Origin: an uncultured Chloroflexia bacterium
GTDB taxonomy: Bacteria; Chloroflexota; Limnocylindria; Limnocylindrales; CSP1-4
Length of the DNA stretch: 64,000 nt
Assembly (NCBI GenBank): GCA_963738475.1
Contig: CAVTWU010000017.1
Span: forward strand, 211,911 to 275,910
Direction of reading: 5' to 3'
Shown here: positions 29,304 to 40,938 of the stretch, piece after piece
How positions within the stretch are numbered: position 1 is the stretch's first letter
How the letters are laid out: each line of letters starts with the position of its first letter
The notes under the pieces: model-generated
Seen by the model: only the letters and a program-made list of their open reading frames with translations
What the model was told of the DNA's origin: nothing
The model's database searches: none
Translations under genes and position numbers: made by a program

Positions 29304-31813
29304 TCACTCGTACTGGACGGCCCGGATGATCGAGATCCGACTCGCGACGTGGGCCGGATAGGCCGCCGCCAGCATCGCGACGGCGACCCCGAGCACGACC
29401 GATACGCCGACGATCGCCCACGGGACCAGCCCGGCGACGTCCGTCCGACCGCCGGCCAAGGCGACCATCACGAAGCCGATGACGATGCCCGCCGCGACGC
29501 CCATGACCGCCCCGGACAGGCCGACGATGCCGGCTTCGACGACGACCGAGCGCCAGACCTGGCCACGCGTCATCCCGGCCGCCCGCAGGACGCCGATCTC
29601 GCGCACGCGCTCGATGACGTTCATCGTCAGCGTGTTGACGATGCCGAGCGCCGCCACGAGCACGGCGATGAGCGCCAGCGCATCGAACAGCCCGAAGATG
29701 CGCGCGAGTTCGCTGTCGATGGCGCCCTGGATCTGGCCGAGCGTCACGACATCGAGGGCGGCCAGGTTCGCAGCGGACTCCAGGTCCGCGCGGGCGGTGG
29801 CCGGGGCATCGGGCGCGAAGCGGACGGCGAAGGCGTCCGAACCGGCGACGCCGAGGCTGCCGATGGCATCCGTCCAGCCGACCAGCATCCCCTCCCCGCC
29901 TCGCCCGGGCAGGGTCCGTTCGGCGATACCGACGATGCGCAACTCCAGGTTCGTGCCGTCGACCGCGGCGACCTTCACGACCTGGTCCAGGCTCAGGCCG
30001 AGGCGCGTGGCCAGGGCCAGCGGGACGATCGTGGCCCCACCGTCGTCAAGCGCGGTGAGCGCCGCGTCCCGGTCGCCCGCCACGAACACCAGGCGGCCGT
30101 CCGCGGCCAGATCGGCGCCGTTGACGGCAACGCCATCGGTCCGTCGGCCGTCCACGGCGAGGTCGAAGGTGGCGATCTCGGTGACCCGCTCGACGCCGGG
30201 GACCAGGGCGAGATCCGCCGCGATGTCCTCGTCCGGCGCGATCGGCCGGATGGAGGTCGCCACCACGTCGCCCGGGATGACGTCGGCGATCCAGGCACTC
30301 GCGGACGCCCGGGCGTTCTGGCCGACGGCGCCCAGCGCGACGACCGCGGCCAGCCCGACGGCCAGCGGCCCGATGGTCAGGATCGCCCGGCTGCGGTCGC
30401 GGGTCAGGGACCCTCGGGCGAGTCGCTCCTCCAGTCGGAAGAACAGGGCGAACGGTCGCCCGGCCAGACGGGTCAGCGGGCGCAGCACGAGCGGCAGGGC
30501 GAGCGTCGCCACGAGCAGGATCGCGTAGACGACGAGCGCGCGCGTGACCCCGACGCCACCGATCCCGCGCGGCCAGACCAGGACCCCGGCCGCGGCGACC
30601 GCCACGAACACCACGACCAGCCAGCCGAGCCGAGCCCGACGGGCGGACGTGCCCTCGCTGCGGACCTTGAGCGCCTCGATGGGCGAGATGCCGCCGGCGC
30701 GCCGTGCCGGGCCGAGCGCCGCGGCCAGCGTCACGACGATGCCCACGACGAAGGCCGCGACGAACGCCGACACCGGGAGTTCCGGGCCGTCCAGCGTGAC
30801 GTCGCCGACCGTCCGGACGTAGGCCACGACCAGCGGTCGCCAGCACGGATCCGAGCACGACGCCCACCACGGACCCGACGACCCCGAGCAGGAACGCCTG
30901 CCGGAGCACGTAGCCCGTCACCTGGCCGCGGGTCGCGCCGGCCGCCCGCAGCAGGCCGAGTTCGCGGGCCCGCTCCACGAGCGTCATCGACAGCGTGTTG
31001 AAGATCAGGAACGCGCCGGTGAACAGGGCGATCGCGGCGATGAGCGCGGTCGTGGCCTGGAAGTCCGCGGTGGACGAGCGGAGCGAGGCGGCCAGGTCGG
31101 CCGGCGATGAGAGCACGTACGGCTCGGTCAGCAGGTTCGCCTCGAGGGCGGCCGTCACCGCGGCGGCGTCCGCGCCATCGGCCAGGCGGATGTCGACCCT
31201 CGTCACGCCGTCCTGGTCGAACACGGCCTGCGCGGTCCGCAGCGGCACGACCACGGTCCGCCCGAACGTGCCGGTCGCCGGTCCGTCCCCCGCCAGGATC
31301 CCGATGACCCGGTAGTGGGCGGTCGCGCCGGCACCCTGGACCGTGAGCTCGGAGCCGACCGAGAGGCCGTCCTCCTCGGCCAGGCGTCGCGTGATGAGGG
31401 CACTGGGTTCGTCGCTGCTGGTCAGGCCGAAGCCCTCGGCGAGCGCCAGTTCGTGGACCTGCGGCTCGCGCGCCGGGTCGATCCCGACGATCGTCACGGC
31501 GGCCGGCAGGCCGACGGACGGACCGGCAAGCAGGTAGGTCTGGCGCTCCAGGGCCGGCGCGGCCAGGCCGACCCCCTCGGTGGCATCGATGGCGTCCAGC
31601 GTCTCGCGACCGAGCCCGCTCTCGCCGAACGCCGACGACGCGCAGGTCCGCCCGGCCGACGAGATCGCGGACGGTCCGATCCACGGACGACTCGATGGCG
31701 ACGTTGGTGGCGAGACCGGCGAACAGCACCGCGACCCCGAGGGCGACGCCGATGATCGTGAGCAGCGTCCGACCCGGACGAGCGCGGAGGCTGCGCCAGG
31801 CGATCCGGTCCAT
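29304..31813 (-). CDS. MacB-type ABC transporter permease with two FtsX domains (about 835 aa). At least 2 frame changes (about 31630 and about 30840).
   Basis: Pieces:
- MDRIAWRSLRARPGRTLLTIIGVALGVAVLFAG (ORF 30731..31813)
- the middle part in ORF 30046..31497 (FLIFNTLSMTLVERARELGLLRAAGATRGQV)
- the second half in ORF 29304..30827 (IVNTLTMNVIERVREIGVLRAAGMTRGQV ... RISIIRAVQYE). Confidence 0.8.
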
Positions 31814-31816
31814 GGG

Positions 31817-32570
31817 CTACAGCCCGAGCTGGGCGAGCCGCGCGATGAGCGGAGTGGCGTCGTGGGACTCGCGACGGCCCAGGTGGATGGTCTCGCGGAT
31901 CTGGCCGTCCCCGATGACGAGGACGCGGTCCGCGTAGGCGGCGGCCTTCGAGTCGTGGGTCACGAGCACGATCGTCTGGTGGCGCTCCACGCACGAGCGC
32001 CAGAGCGCGTCGAGGATCTCCGTGCCGGACGTGTAGTCGAGGTTGCCGGTGGGCTCGTCGGCGAAGAGGAGCGCCGGCCGGGTCACGAGCGCCCGGGCGA
32101 CGGCCACGCGCTGCTGCTCCCCCACCGACAGCTGGTCCGGCTTGTGGTGGGCCTTGGCGGTCAGGTCCACGAGGGCGATCGCCTCGCGGATCCGGGTCGC
32201 GGTCTCGCCCTTGCGATGGATCCTGGCCGGCGATCGTGAACGGCAGGGCGACGTTCTCGGTGACGTCCAGCAGCGGGATGAGGTTGAACGACTGGAAGAC
32301 GAAGCCGGTCCGGTCGCGGCGAAGGCGGGTGACCTCGTCGTCCGAGAGGTCGCTGACGACCTGGCCCTCGAGCACGACGACGCCCGAGGTGGGGCGATCG
32401 AGGCCGCCGAGCATCTGGAGGAGCGTGGACTTGCCCGAGCCGGACGGACCCATCAGGGCGACGAACTCGCCCTCGTCGACGGTCAGCGACACGCCGCGCA
32501 GGGCGTCCACGACGGTCTCGCCGAGGGGGTAGGACTTGGCCAGCTCCCGAGCCTCGAGGATGGGCGGCAT
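31817..32570 (-). CDS. ABC transporter ATP-binding protein (MacB/LolD-like). One frameshift near 32230.
   Basis: Pieces:
- MPPILEARELAKSYPLGETVVDALRGVSLTVDEGEFVALMGPSGSGKSTLL
- GFVFQSFNLIPLLDVTENVALP
- ORF 31817..32170 with LSVGEQQRVAVARALVTRPALLFADEPTGNLD and IVLVTHD. Confidence 0.85.
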
Positions 32571-32587
32571 GGCCGGCAGTGTAGTCG

Positions 32588-33441
32588 TCACCCGCCGAAG
32601 AACGCGCCGGTGATGCTCCCGACGATCGTCTCGATGAGCCCCAGGCTGCGGGGCGGTGTCCGCGATGCGGAGGCCGTGGTCGGACACGGCGATGGCCGGC
32701 GGCGCGGTGGCCGTCGGCGAAGGTCCGGTCGGCCGGGTCGAAGGTGGGATCGAGTGGGTCGCGGGTCGGGGCCGGTGTCGGTTCGGGGGTCGGGACCGGG
32801 GTCGGCTTGGGCGTCGGCTTCGGGGTCGGCTTGGGCGTGGCCCGCGGCTTGGCGGTGGCCTGCGCCTGGGGCTTCGGCTTGGCGGTCGGCTTCGGGGTCG
32901 CCTTGACGGTCGAACCGCACTTGTCGGCGAACAGGACGGTCCACATCTTCTTGCCGTCCGGGCCCTTGTACGCCCCGATGCCGATGACGTCCCAGGTCTT
33001 GCCCAGGATGTTGGCGCGGTGGCCGGACGAGCCCATGAACATCTCGTGGATCTGGGCGGTCGCCTCGTCGTCCGGGTAGTTGTTCCAGCCGATGTTCTCG
33101 CCGGCGACCTTGTAGCAGTAGCCCTTCTGGTCGAGCTTCTTGAAGACCTTGCCGAAGCCCGGGATGTCGTGGCTGAAGTAGTCGCGCTGGATCATGTCCT
33201 TGCTGCGCCAGCGGGCGACGGACGTCAGCGTCGAGTCCACCTTGAGCGCCTTGAGCCCGGCGGCCGCGCGGCTCTGGTTGGTGAGCGCGACGAGCTGCTT
33301 CTCCGAGGCGGACGAGTACGCCCCCTCGGACCAGGCGAGCGTGGCGGCCGGGGCGGCGAGCGTGAAGACGGACGTGGCCAGGAACGCGACCGCGATGAGC
33401 AGGGCGCTGGGTCGGGTGCCGAGTCGGTTGGCCAGGGACAT
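32588..33441 (-). CDS. Secreted CAP/SCP (PR-1-like, YkwD-type) domain protein with a Pro/Thr/Lys linker. One frameshift near 32700.
   Basis: Signal peptide MSLANRLGTRPSALLIAVAFLATSVFTLAAPAATLA. CAP domain: LTNQSRAAAGLKALKVD...DYFSHD...GENIGWNNY...MGSSGHRANIL. Linker of TPKPTAKPKP repeats. Tail SLGLIETIVGSITGAFFGG in ORF 32588..33649. Confidence 0.8.
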
Positions 33442-33621
33442 GCGGAACGGGTCTCCACTCGCCGGCTGGGGTTCCGGTGTGGTCCCAACCGTAGGCGTGC
33501 GGTCCGCGCAGGTCCGCGGTGCGAAGGTCCGGGTGCAGCGGTTCGCTTGGTACCGTCCGGTCCGGGCCGGTCTGGAGGGGTTCGTCGAGGTCTGATGCGG
33601 TCCGGTGGGGTCGGCAAGGGG

Positions 33622-33650
33622 TCGGCAGATCCGCCGAATCCGGGTACACT
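33622..33650 (+). promoter_or_regulatory. Candidate promoter of tRNA-His.
   Basis: TCGGCA (33622-33627), a 17-nt spacer, then TACACT (33645-33650), about 55 nt upstream of the tRNA. The -35 element is the second copy of a tandem repeat GGGGTCGGCA (33607-33616 and 33618-33627). Confidence 0.3.
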
Positions 33651-33705
33651 CCGCTGGCCCACCGGCTCCGGGACGCGCGAGCGATCCGTCCGAGCCAGCG
33701 GCGAT

Positions 33706-33781
33706 GGTGGCCTTAGCTCAATGGCAGAGCAGCGGTTTGTGGAACCGCCGGTTGAGGGTTCGAGCCCCTCAGGCCACCCCA
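33706..33781 (+). tRNA. tRNA-His: tRNA-His (anticodon GTG) with genome-encoded G-1 and 3' CCA.
   Basis: Cloverleaf:
- G-1, then acceptor GTGGCCT / AGGCCAC
- D arm GCTC..GAGC
- anticodon stem GCGGT / ACCGC with loop TTGTGGA
- T arm GAGGG-TTCGAGC-CCCTC
- discriminator C, then CCA

The extra 5' G is the His identity element. Confidence 0.9.
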
Positions 33782-33803
33782 ACCCCCCTCTCGGATCCCA
33801 GCG

Positions 33804-35526
33804 TCAGCGCGTGGCAGCCACGCCGGTCGTCCAGTCGCGGACGATCTCGCCGAGCGTCTCCAGGCCGACCGCGCCGTGGCCCAGGACCGCATCGTGGAAG
33901 CCCTTGATGTCGAAGCCCGGCCCCAGGGTCGCCTTGGCCTCAGCGCGCAATCGCAGGATCTCGCGCTGGCCGAGCTTGTACGCGAGCGCCTGGCCCGGGG
34001 TGGCGATGTAGCGGTCCACCTCGTTGACGATGTTGTTCGGCGCCAGGACCGTGTGCTCCAGCATGTAGTCGATGGCGGCCTGGCGCGTCCAGCCCAGCGC
34101 GTGCATCCCCGTGTCCACGACCAGGCGGCAGGCCCGCCAGGCATCGAACGACAGCACGCCGATCCGGTCCAGGTCGCCCGAGTACAGCCCCATCTCGTCG
34201 GACAGGCGCTCGGTGTACAGGCCCCAGCCCTCGATGTAGGCGGTCGGGCCGTCGTGGCGCCGGAACTCCGGCAGGCCGGTCAGCTCCTGGCTGATCGCGA
34301 GCTGGAGGTGGTGGCCCGGGATGGCCTCGTGGAAGGCCAGGGCCTGGGCCTCGTAGCGCGGGCGCGTCGTGGGTTCCCAGGTGTTGATGGCGTACTGCCC
34401 GGGCCGCGACCCGTCCATCGCGGGCTGGCGGTAGTAGGCGATCGTCGAGTGCTGCTCCTCGTGCTCGCCCATGACGAACACGACGCAGTCGGCCTGGGGC
34501 AGGATCCCGAACCAGTCCGGGATGGCGGCACGAGCCCGGGCGAGCGACGTCCTCGGCCATCTCGCGGACCTCGTCCCGGGTCGCGAAGTGCATCGCGGGA
34601 TCCGTGCGCAGCCGCCGTCGGATCTCCGCCAGGTCGGCGGTCCCCAGGACGCGCTCGCCGAGGGCCGCGGTCTCGTCGTCGATCCGGGCGACCTCCTCGA
34701 GGCCGATGGCGTGGATCGCCTCCGCGCTCAGCGACAACGACGTGTGCGCCTCGATCAGCCGGTCGTACGCCTCGCGGCCACCGTCGATGTGGGACAGGCC
34801 GGGCGCGTCGCCGGAACGGGCGATCGGCAGGATGTCGTCGCGCAGGACCGCGAGGTAGCGCTCCATCGCCGGGCGAACGACGTCGCGGACCGCCGTTCGA
34901 AGGCCGTCGTGGAAGGCGGCGAGATCGGCCGGGTCCCAGTCCGGATGCTCGACGGCGAGCGGGGCCAGGAGCGACAGGTCCGCGTCAGGGTGAGCGAGCG
35001 TCGCGGTGAGCGTGTCGATCGACTTCTCGACCGTGGAGCGGACGCTGACGCGGCCGGCCGCCGCGCTCGTCTGGAGGCGCTCCCCGAAGCCATCGAACCA
35101 TGGGCCGATCGCGTTCCAGCGAGCGACCATCTGCCGCCCCTGCTCGGGCGTCGCGATGGGCTGGAGCGCTTCCAGGTTGAGGACCATGACCTGCGGCCCG
35201 TCGAGCGGGTCCACGGTCCAGGCCGCCAGGTTCGCGTCGAGATGGGCGCGGTCGTTGCGGAGCTGCGCGAGCAGCGCGGATCGGGTGATCCGGTCCTCGC
35301 CGACCAGGGCCGCCGCATCCACCGCGGCCACCTCCATCTCGAAGCCGCCCAGGCGCGCCTTGTGCGCCGCGATGGCCGCGTCGGACTGATCGTCGAGCCG
35401 ATCGTCGAACCGGCGATCGCCGAGATACGTCGCGAAGATGGGCGAGAAGGCGAGCCTCTCGTCCCAGTAGCGCGCGGCGATGTCGAGGAGCTGGGGCCGA
35501 GCCCCGTCAGCGGTCTGGTCGGTCAC
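33804..35526 (-). CDS. DUF885 family protein. One frameshift near 34500-34540.
   Basis: GTG at 35526 (VTDQTADGARPQLLDIAARYWDERLAFSPIFATYLGDRRFDDRL). C-terminal half in ORF 33804..34481 (AFHEAIPGHHLQLAISQE, YIEGWGLYTERL, DTGMHALGWTRQAAIDYM). Confidence 0.8.
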
Positions 35527-35565
35527 GGCTGGAGTATGGCAGTCGGTCGGGCGATACTGGCCGGC

Positions 35566-36309
35566 ATGACCGACAGCACCGGCCCATCCGCCCCAGCCTC
35601 CGCCCCACCCGATCCGGTCGTCCTGATCACCGGCGCGACCGGCGGCCTCGGGCGCGTCGTGGCGGCGACCTTCGCGGCGGATGGCGCGCGACTCGGCCTG
35701 GTCGGCACGGACGGTGATCGCCTGGCAGCGGTCGCGGCCGGCTGCGGCCTCACGGACGACCGATGGGCGGCCGGCATCGGCGACCTGTCGGAACCGGAGG
35801 GCGCTCGAGCGGCGGTCGACACGGTCGTCGAGCGCTTCGGTCGCATCGATGCGTGGCTCCACGTCGTCGGCGGCTGGGCCGGCGGGACGGCGGTCGTGGA
35901 CCTCGACCACGCCGAGGTCCGCTCGATGCTGGACCAGCACCTGTGGACGACACTCAACGTCGCGCAGGCGGTCGTGCCGGGCATGGTCGAGCGAGGCTGG
36001 GGGCGGATCGTCGCGGTCTCGACCCCGTTCGCGCTGACCCCGGGTCCGCGTGGCGCGTCGTATGCCGTCGGCAAGGCCGCGGAGGACACCCTCGTGCGGG
36101 CGCTGGCGCGCGAACTGGGCGGCACGGGCGTGACGGCCAACCTGGTCGTGGTCAAGCAGATCGACACGGCGCACGAGCGCGAGACCGCGCCATCGGCGAA
36201 GAACGCGAGCTCGACGACGCCCGAGGAGATCGCCGCGACGATGCGCTTCCTGTGCTCCGAGGCCGCCTCCGCGATCAACGGGGCGCGGATCCCGCTGGAC
36301 GGCCGCTGA
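35566..36309 (+). CDS. SDR family oxidoreductase. Intact.
   Basis: VVLITGATGGLGRVVAATFAADGARL (TGxxxGxG), SYAVGKAAEDTL (YxxxK) and NGARIPLDGR. ATG lies 7 nt after GATACT. Confidence 0.85.
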   Translation: MTDSTGPSAPASAPPDPVVLITGATGGLGRVVAATFAADGARLGLVGTDGDRLAAVAAGCGLTDDRWAAGIGDLSEPEGARAAVDTVVERFGRIDAWLHVVGGWAGGTAVVDLDHAEVRSMLDQHLWTTLNVAQAVVPGMVERGWGRIVAVSTPFALTPGPRGASYAVGKAAEDTLVRALARELGGTGVTANLVVVKQIDTAHERETAPSAKNASSTTPEEIAATMRFLCSEAASAINGARIPLDGR

Positions 36310-36376
36310 GAGGGCCCTTCGGCACTGGACGCGGGCGGTGGCCCGGATGACGATGGCCTCGAAGAAGGAGGCCGTC

Positions 36377-36772
36377 ATGGCATACACCGGAGATATCGTC
36401 GTCCGCACCAGGGCCAACCCGTGGTTCCGCGAGGTCGTCGCGACCGGCCCGCACAGCCAGGTCGTGGTCATGAGCATCCCGCCGACCGGCGAGATCGGGC
36501 TCGAGACCCACACGGAGCTCGACCAGGTCCTCGTCATCGTCGACGGACATGGCCAGGCGACGCTCGATGGCGACGTGCGCGAGATCGGGCCGGGCACGCT
36601 CATCCAGGTCCCGGCCGGGACGCTCCACAACGTCGTGAACACCGGCACCTCTGACCTGCGGCTCTACACGGTCTACGCGCCGCCGGCCCACGCGCCGGGG
36701 ACCATCCACCGGACGAAGGTCGAGGCGGACCTCGACGAGGCCGATCATCCGGCGGTGACCGCGGCGGTCTGA
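36377..36772 (+). CDS. Cupin domain protein. Intact.
   Basis: AAGGAGG RBS, then MAYTGDIVVRTRANPWFREVVATGPHSQVVVMSIPPTGEIGLETHTELDQVLVIVDGHGQATLDG...GTLIQVPAGTLHNVVN. Confidence 0.8.
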   Translation: MAYTGDIVVRTRANPWFREVVATGPHSQVVVMSIPPTGEIGLETHTELDQVLVIVDGHGQATLDGDVREIGPGTLIQVPAGTLHNVVNTGTSDLRLYTVYAPPAHAPGTIHRTKVEADLDEADHPAVTAAV

Positions 36773-36914
36773 CACGGATCCGTCAGTTGTATCTGGGTGT
36801 CGCGCGCCGTACGATGCGGGCACCCAGGGCTGCTGACGTACGGGGTCCGTCCACGTTCCACTTCGGTGGCTGGATGCATGGACCCGCGATCGACGGTCGG
36901 GTGAGGAGTAGCGC
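36773..36914 (+). promoter_or_regulatory. Structured 5' leader of the orphan sugar-ABC ATPase gene (candidate msiK-type RNA motif).
   Basis: A 142-nt non-coding gap. It contains a nested hairpin, GTCCA-cgtt-CCAC-TTCG-GTGG-ctggatgca-TGGAC, with a UUCG tetraloop. A GAGGAG RBS lies just before the ATG at 36915. Confidence 0.3.
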
Positions 36915-38035
<1,121 letters not shown>

Positions 38036-38660
38036 CGACCCACCCTGATCCCGAGCCCGATCCGATCGGCCCCGAGCGACGACATCGCCGGGGCCGATCT
38101 CGTCGAGCGCGTCGTCGACTCGACGGTCCTCCACCAGGGTCGCTACCTGACATTCCGGGTCGACACGATCGAGCGGACCGACGGGTCGCGCTCGACGCGC
38201 GAGATCGCCGGCCACCCGGGCGCGGTGGCGATCCTGGCCGTCGACGACGACGACCACGTCCTGCTCGTCCGCCAGTTCCGGCTGGCGGCCGGGCAGGTCC
38301 TGCTCGAGATCCCGGCCGGGACGCTCGACGTCGGCCGACGACGGGACCGTCGAGGACCCGGACCTGGCCGCGCCGCGCGAACTCGAGGAGGAGACCGGGC
38401 TGCGGGCCGGATCGTGGCGGCTGCTCGGCCGCTTCTGCACGGCGCCGGCTTCACCGAGGAGCTGATGTCCCTCTATCTCGCCACGGACCTGCGGCCGGCC
38501 GCACGGGGACCGGCTGGGCCCGGACGAGGACGAGCGCCTGCTCCTCGTACGGGTCCCGTGGCGCGAGGCCATCGCGATGGCGGAGCGAGGCGAGATCCGC
38601 GACGCCAAGTCGATCGTCGGGCTGCTCTGGCTGGCTCGGCTGCGGAGCGGCGCGGGTTGA
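38036..38660 (+). CDS. NUDIX hydrolase (ADP-ribose pyrophosphatase-like). At least 2 frame changes. No identifiable start codon.
   Basis: Pieces:
- VVDSTVLHQGRYLTFRVDTIERTDGSRSTREIAGHPGAVAILAVDDDDHVLLVRQFRLAAGQVLLEIPAGTLD
- Nudix box PRELEEETGL
- FTEELMSLYLATDL
- DERLLLVRVPWREAIAMAERGEIRDAKSIVGLLWL. Confidence 0.75.
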
Positions 38661-39610
38661 CGACGAGCGAGCGCGGATCCGGCGGAGCCGGTCGTCGGCG
38701 TCCGGACGTTCCGAGCCGGACGACGAGGCGGCGATCCGGCGGATCATGATCGACTCGCTCGCCGCGGATCGGCTGCCCGGCTTTCGGCGAGTCGGAGATC
38801 CCGCGCTCGCTGAGCCGGATCGCCGCCGACCCGGGGCGTACGGTCGTCGCGATCGACGACGGCCGGGTCGTCGGGTACTGCACGCCGTCGCTGGACGATC
38901 TGCGGGTCCATCCGGATGCACGCCGCCGGGGCCACGGGCGGCGGCTCGTCGCTGCCGCGCACGGGATCGAGCGCGAGCGAGGCCGGGACCTGACCCTGTA
39001 CGTCCCGACGCACCTGCCGGGCTCCGTGGCGTTCGCCGAGTCGGTCGGCTTGCGCTACCACTCGAGCCTGTGGCAGTTCATCCTGCCGGCCGACGTGGAC
39101 GTGCCAGCGCCGGCATTCGGGGTCGACGTGGTCGCGCGAGTGATCGATCCGCGCGCCATCGCGGACCTGGACGGCTGGGTGGCATTCCTGCTCGACCTCG
39201 TTCGAGGGCCACCCGTCGCCGCTGAGCTGGACCGCCGACGGAGATGCGCCGCCTGCACGAGTCGCCCGGCTTCGACGGCTCCGGCGTGCTGGTCGTGGCG
39301 CCAGCGCGACGCGATCCGCGACTGAGCCGATCGATCGCGTTCGCCGCGGCGCTCGAGTCGTGCGGTCGAGCGACGTCGGGACGCTGCCGCCGGCGAGATC
39401 GGCCTGCGTCGGGGTCGTCCCCGCCTGGCGCCGGCGCGGGCCTGGGCCGCGAACTGCTGCGCTGGGGCGTCGCCGAACTGCGTCGCCGCGGCGTCGGCGC
39501 CGATCGAGCTGACGGTCGAGGCGGCCAACGACGGCGCGACCCGCCTGTACCGCGACCACGGCTTCGAGCCGACCGTCGAGTGGCCGCACTGGGTGCTGCC
39601 GGCTGAGTGA
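38657..39610 (+). CDS. GNAT family N-acetyltransferase with two acetyltransferase-like halves (MshD-like architecture). At least 5 frame changes.
   Basis: Pieces:
- VRTFR..PDDEAAIRRIMIDSLAADRLPG
- TVVAIDDGRVVGYCTPSLDDLRVHPDARRRGHGRRLV
- LTLYVPTHLPGSVAFAESVGLRYHSSLWQF
- EMRRLHESPGFDGSGVLVV
- LGRELLRWGVAELRRRG
- IELTVEAANDGATRLYRDHGFEPTVEWPHWVLPAE

Possible TTG start overlapping the NUDIX stop. Confidence 0.65.
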
Positions 39611-39693
39611 GGTGCGCCTTCGCCGCACCGCCCACTGAACGCGTCCACGGTTCGCGTCCAGCCGCGGGCTGGCGACGACGGAACGAACCGCCG

Positions 39694-40729
39694 CTACGCG
39701 CCGGGGCGCCAGGCGGCGAGGTCGACCGGGCGCAGGCGCGGGCTGTCGGTGAGACCCGGGATGCGGCCGCGCTTGGCGATCGGCCGGCCGTCGATCTCCT
39801 TGATGTCGCCGGTGAAGTCGATCGGCGTGGCGCCGCTGATGTACGAGCCGACCGCGAACGAATCGACCGGCGCGCCGGCCTCCTTGAAGTAGCGGATCCG
39901 GTCCGGCGTGAGCCCGCCCGAGACGGTGATCTTCACGTGCGTGAAGCCCTCCTGGTCGAGCCGGGCGCGGACCTCGTGGACCAGGTCGGCGGTGACCCGG
40001 CCGCGCTCGGACGGCGTGTCGAGCCGGACGCCGTACAGCCGATCGCCCAGCGCGTGGGCGACCCGCAGCGCCTCCTCGGCCTCGTCCTTGAACGTGTCGA
40101 CGAGCACGATCCGCGGCACCTCCGGCCCGATGTGCGCGGTCGAACGCGAGGGCCGCCTCCACGGTGTCGCCGAAGATCAGGACCAGCGAGTGGGGCATCG
40201 TGCCCGGTCGGGGCGAGACCGGCCAGCCGGGCGCCGGCCGGCGTCGACGCGCCGACGCAGCCGCCGACGATCGCCGCGTAGTCGAGCACGTCGGTGATGT
40301 CCGGGTGGATGTGGCGCGCCCCGAAGCTGATGACCGGGTCCGGCGCCGCGGCCTCGACGCACTCGCGGGCGGCGGTCGCCCAGCCGGTGGACTGGGCGAG
40401 CATCCCCAGGAACGCCGTCTCGTACAGCCCGAACTGGCGATAGCGCGCCCGGATGCGGAGGACGATCTCCTTGGGCGCGATCAGGTCGCCGTCGTCGAGC
40501 GCCTCGAGCTGGGTCTCGGCCGGGTCGGCCGTGGCCGAGGACGTGGCCGAGCAGGTTCTTGGCCTCGTCGATCCCGCACAGGACGGCCGTCCTCGCGGGT
40601 GAAGACCTCCATCGTCACGAGCGGGTCGAGGCCCTCGCGCTCGAGGATCGCCTCGGCGCGCGCGAAGTAGACGTCGGCCGAGTCGCCGGACAGGATCTCG
40701 TGCGAAGGCCTAGGTCGTCGCATGCCCAT
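39694..40729 (-). CDS. Nicotinate phosphoribosyltransferase (short, archaeal-like type). At least 3 frame changes.
   Basis: Pieces:
- ILSGDSADVYFARAEAILEREGLDPLVTMEVF
- LYETAFLGMLAQSTGWATAARECVEAA
- ISFGARHIHPD
- GTMPHSLVLIFGDTVEAALAFD
- ORF 39694..40119 (IVLVDTFKDEAEEALRVA, GVRLDTPSERG, KITVSGGLTPDRI). Confidence 0.8.
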
Positions 40730-40938
40730 CAGCCGGTCGCGCTCCCGTGTCGTGCTCGTCGGTGGCCGCGCTCGACGGCTCGTCCGGAGTGGCGGCGAGT
40801 GTAGCGTACGGCTCCGTCGCGTCGGCGCCACGGTCGTCGGCGCCGGGGACTGCGGCGCCGGTCGTCGGTCGCCGGGACCGGCCGGGCTCGCCGTCCGGAC
40901 CCGCCCGGGGACCTCGCCGGGCTCGAGCGGGCGGGCCA

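Noticed and set aside
33485-33630. Several copies of GGTCCG, and a tandem GGGGTCGGCA repeat, in the gap upstream of tRNA-His.
   Set aside because: The copies are short and irregularly spaced, with no spacer/repeat periodicity, so this is not a CRISPR array or a satellite. Only the tandem decamer is kept, as part of the candidate tRNA promoter.
35527-36648. Upstream 370 codons of ORF 33940..36648, extending the DUF885 gene.
   Set aside because: DUF885 homology begins at the GTG at 35526. The extension is antisense to the intact SDR and cupin genes and is low-complexity.
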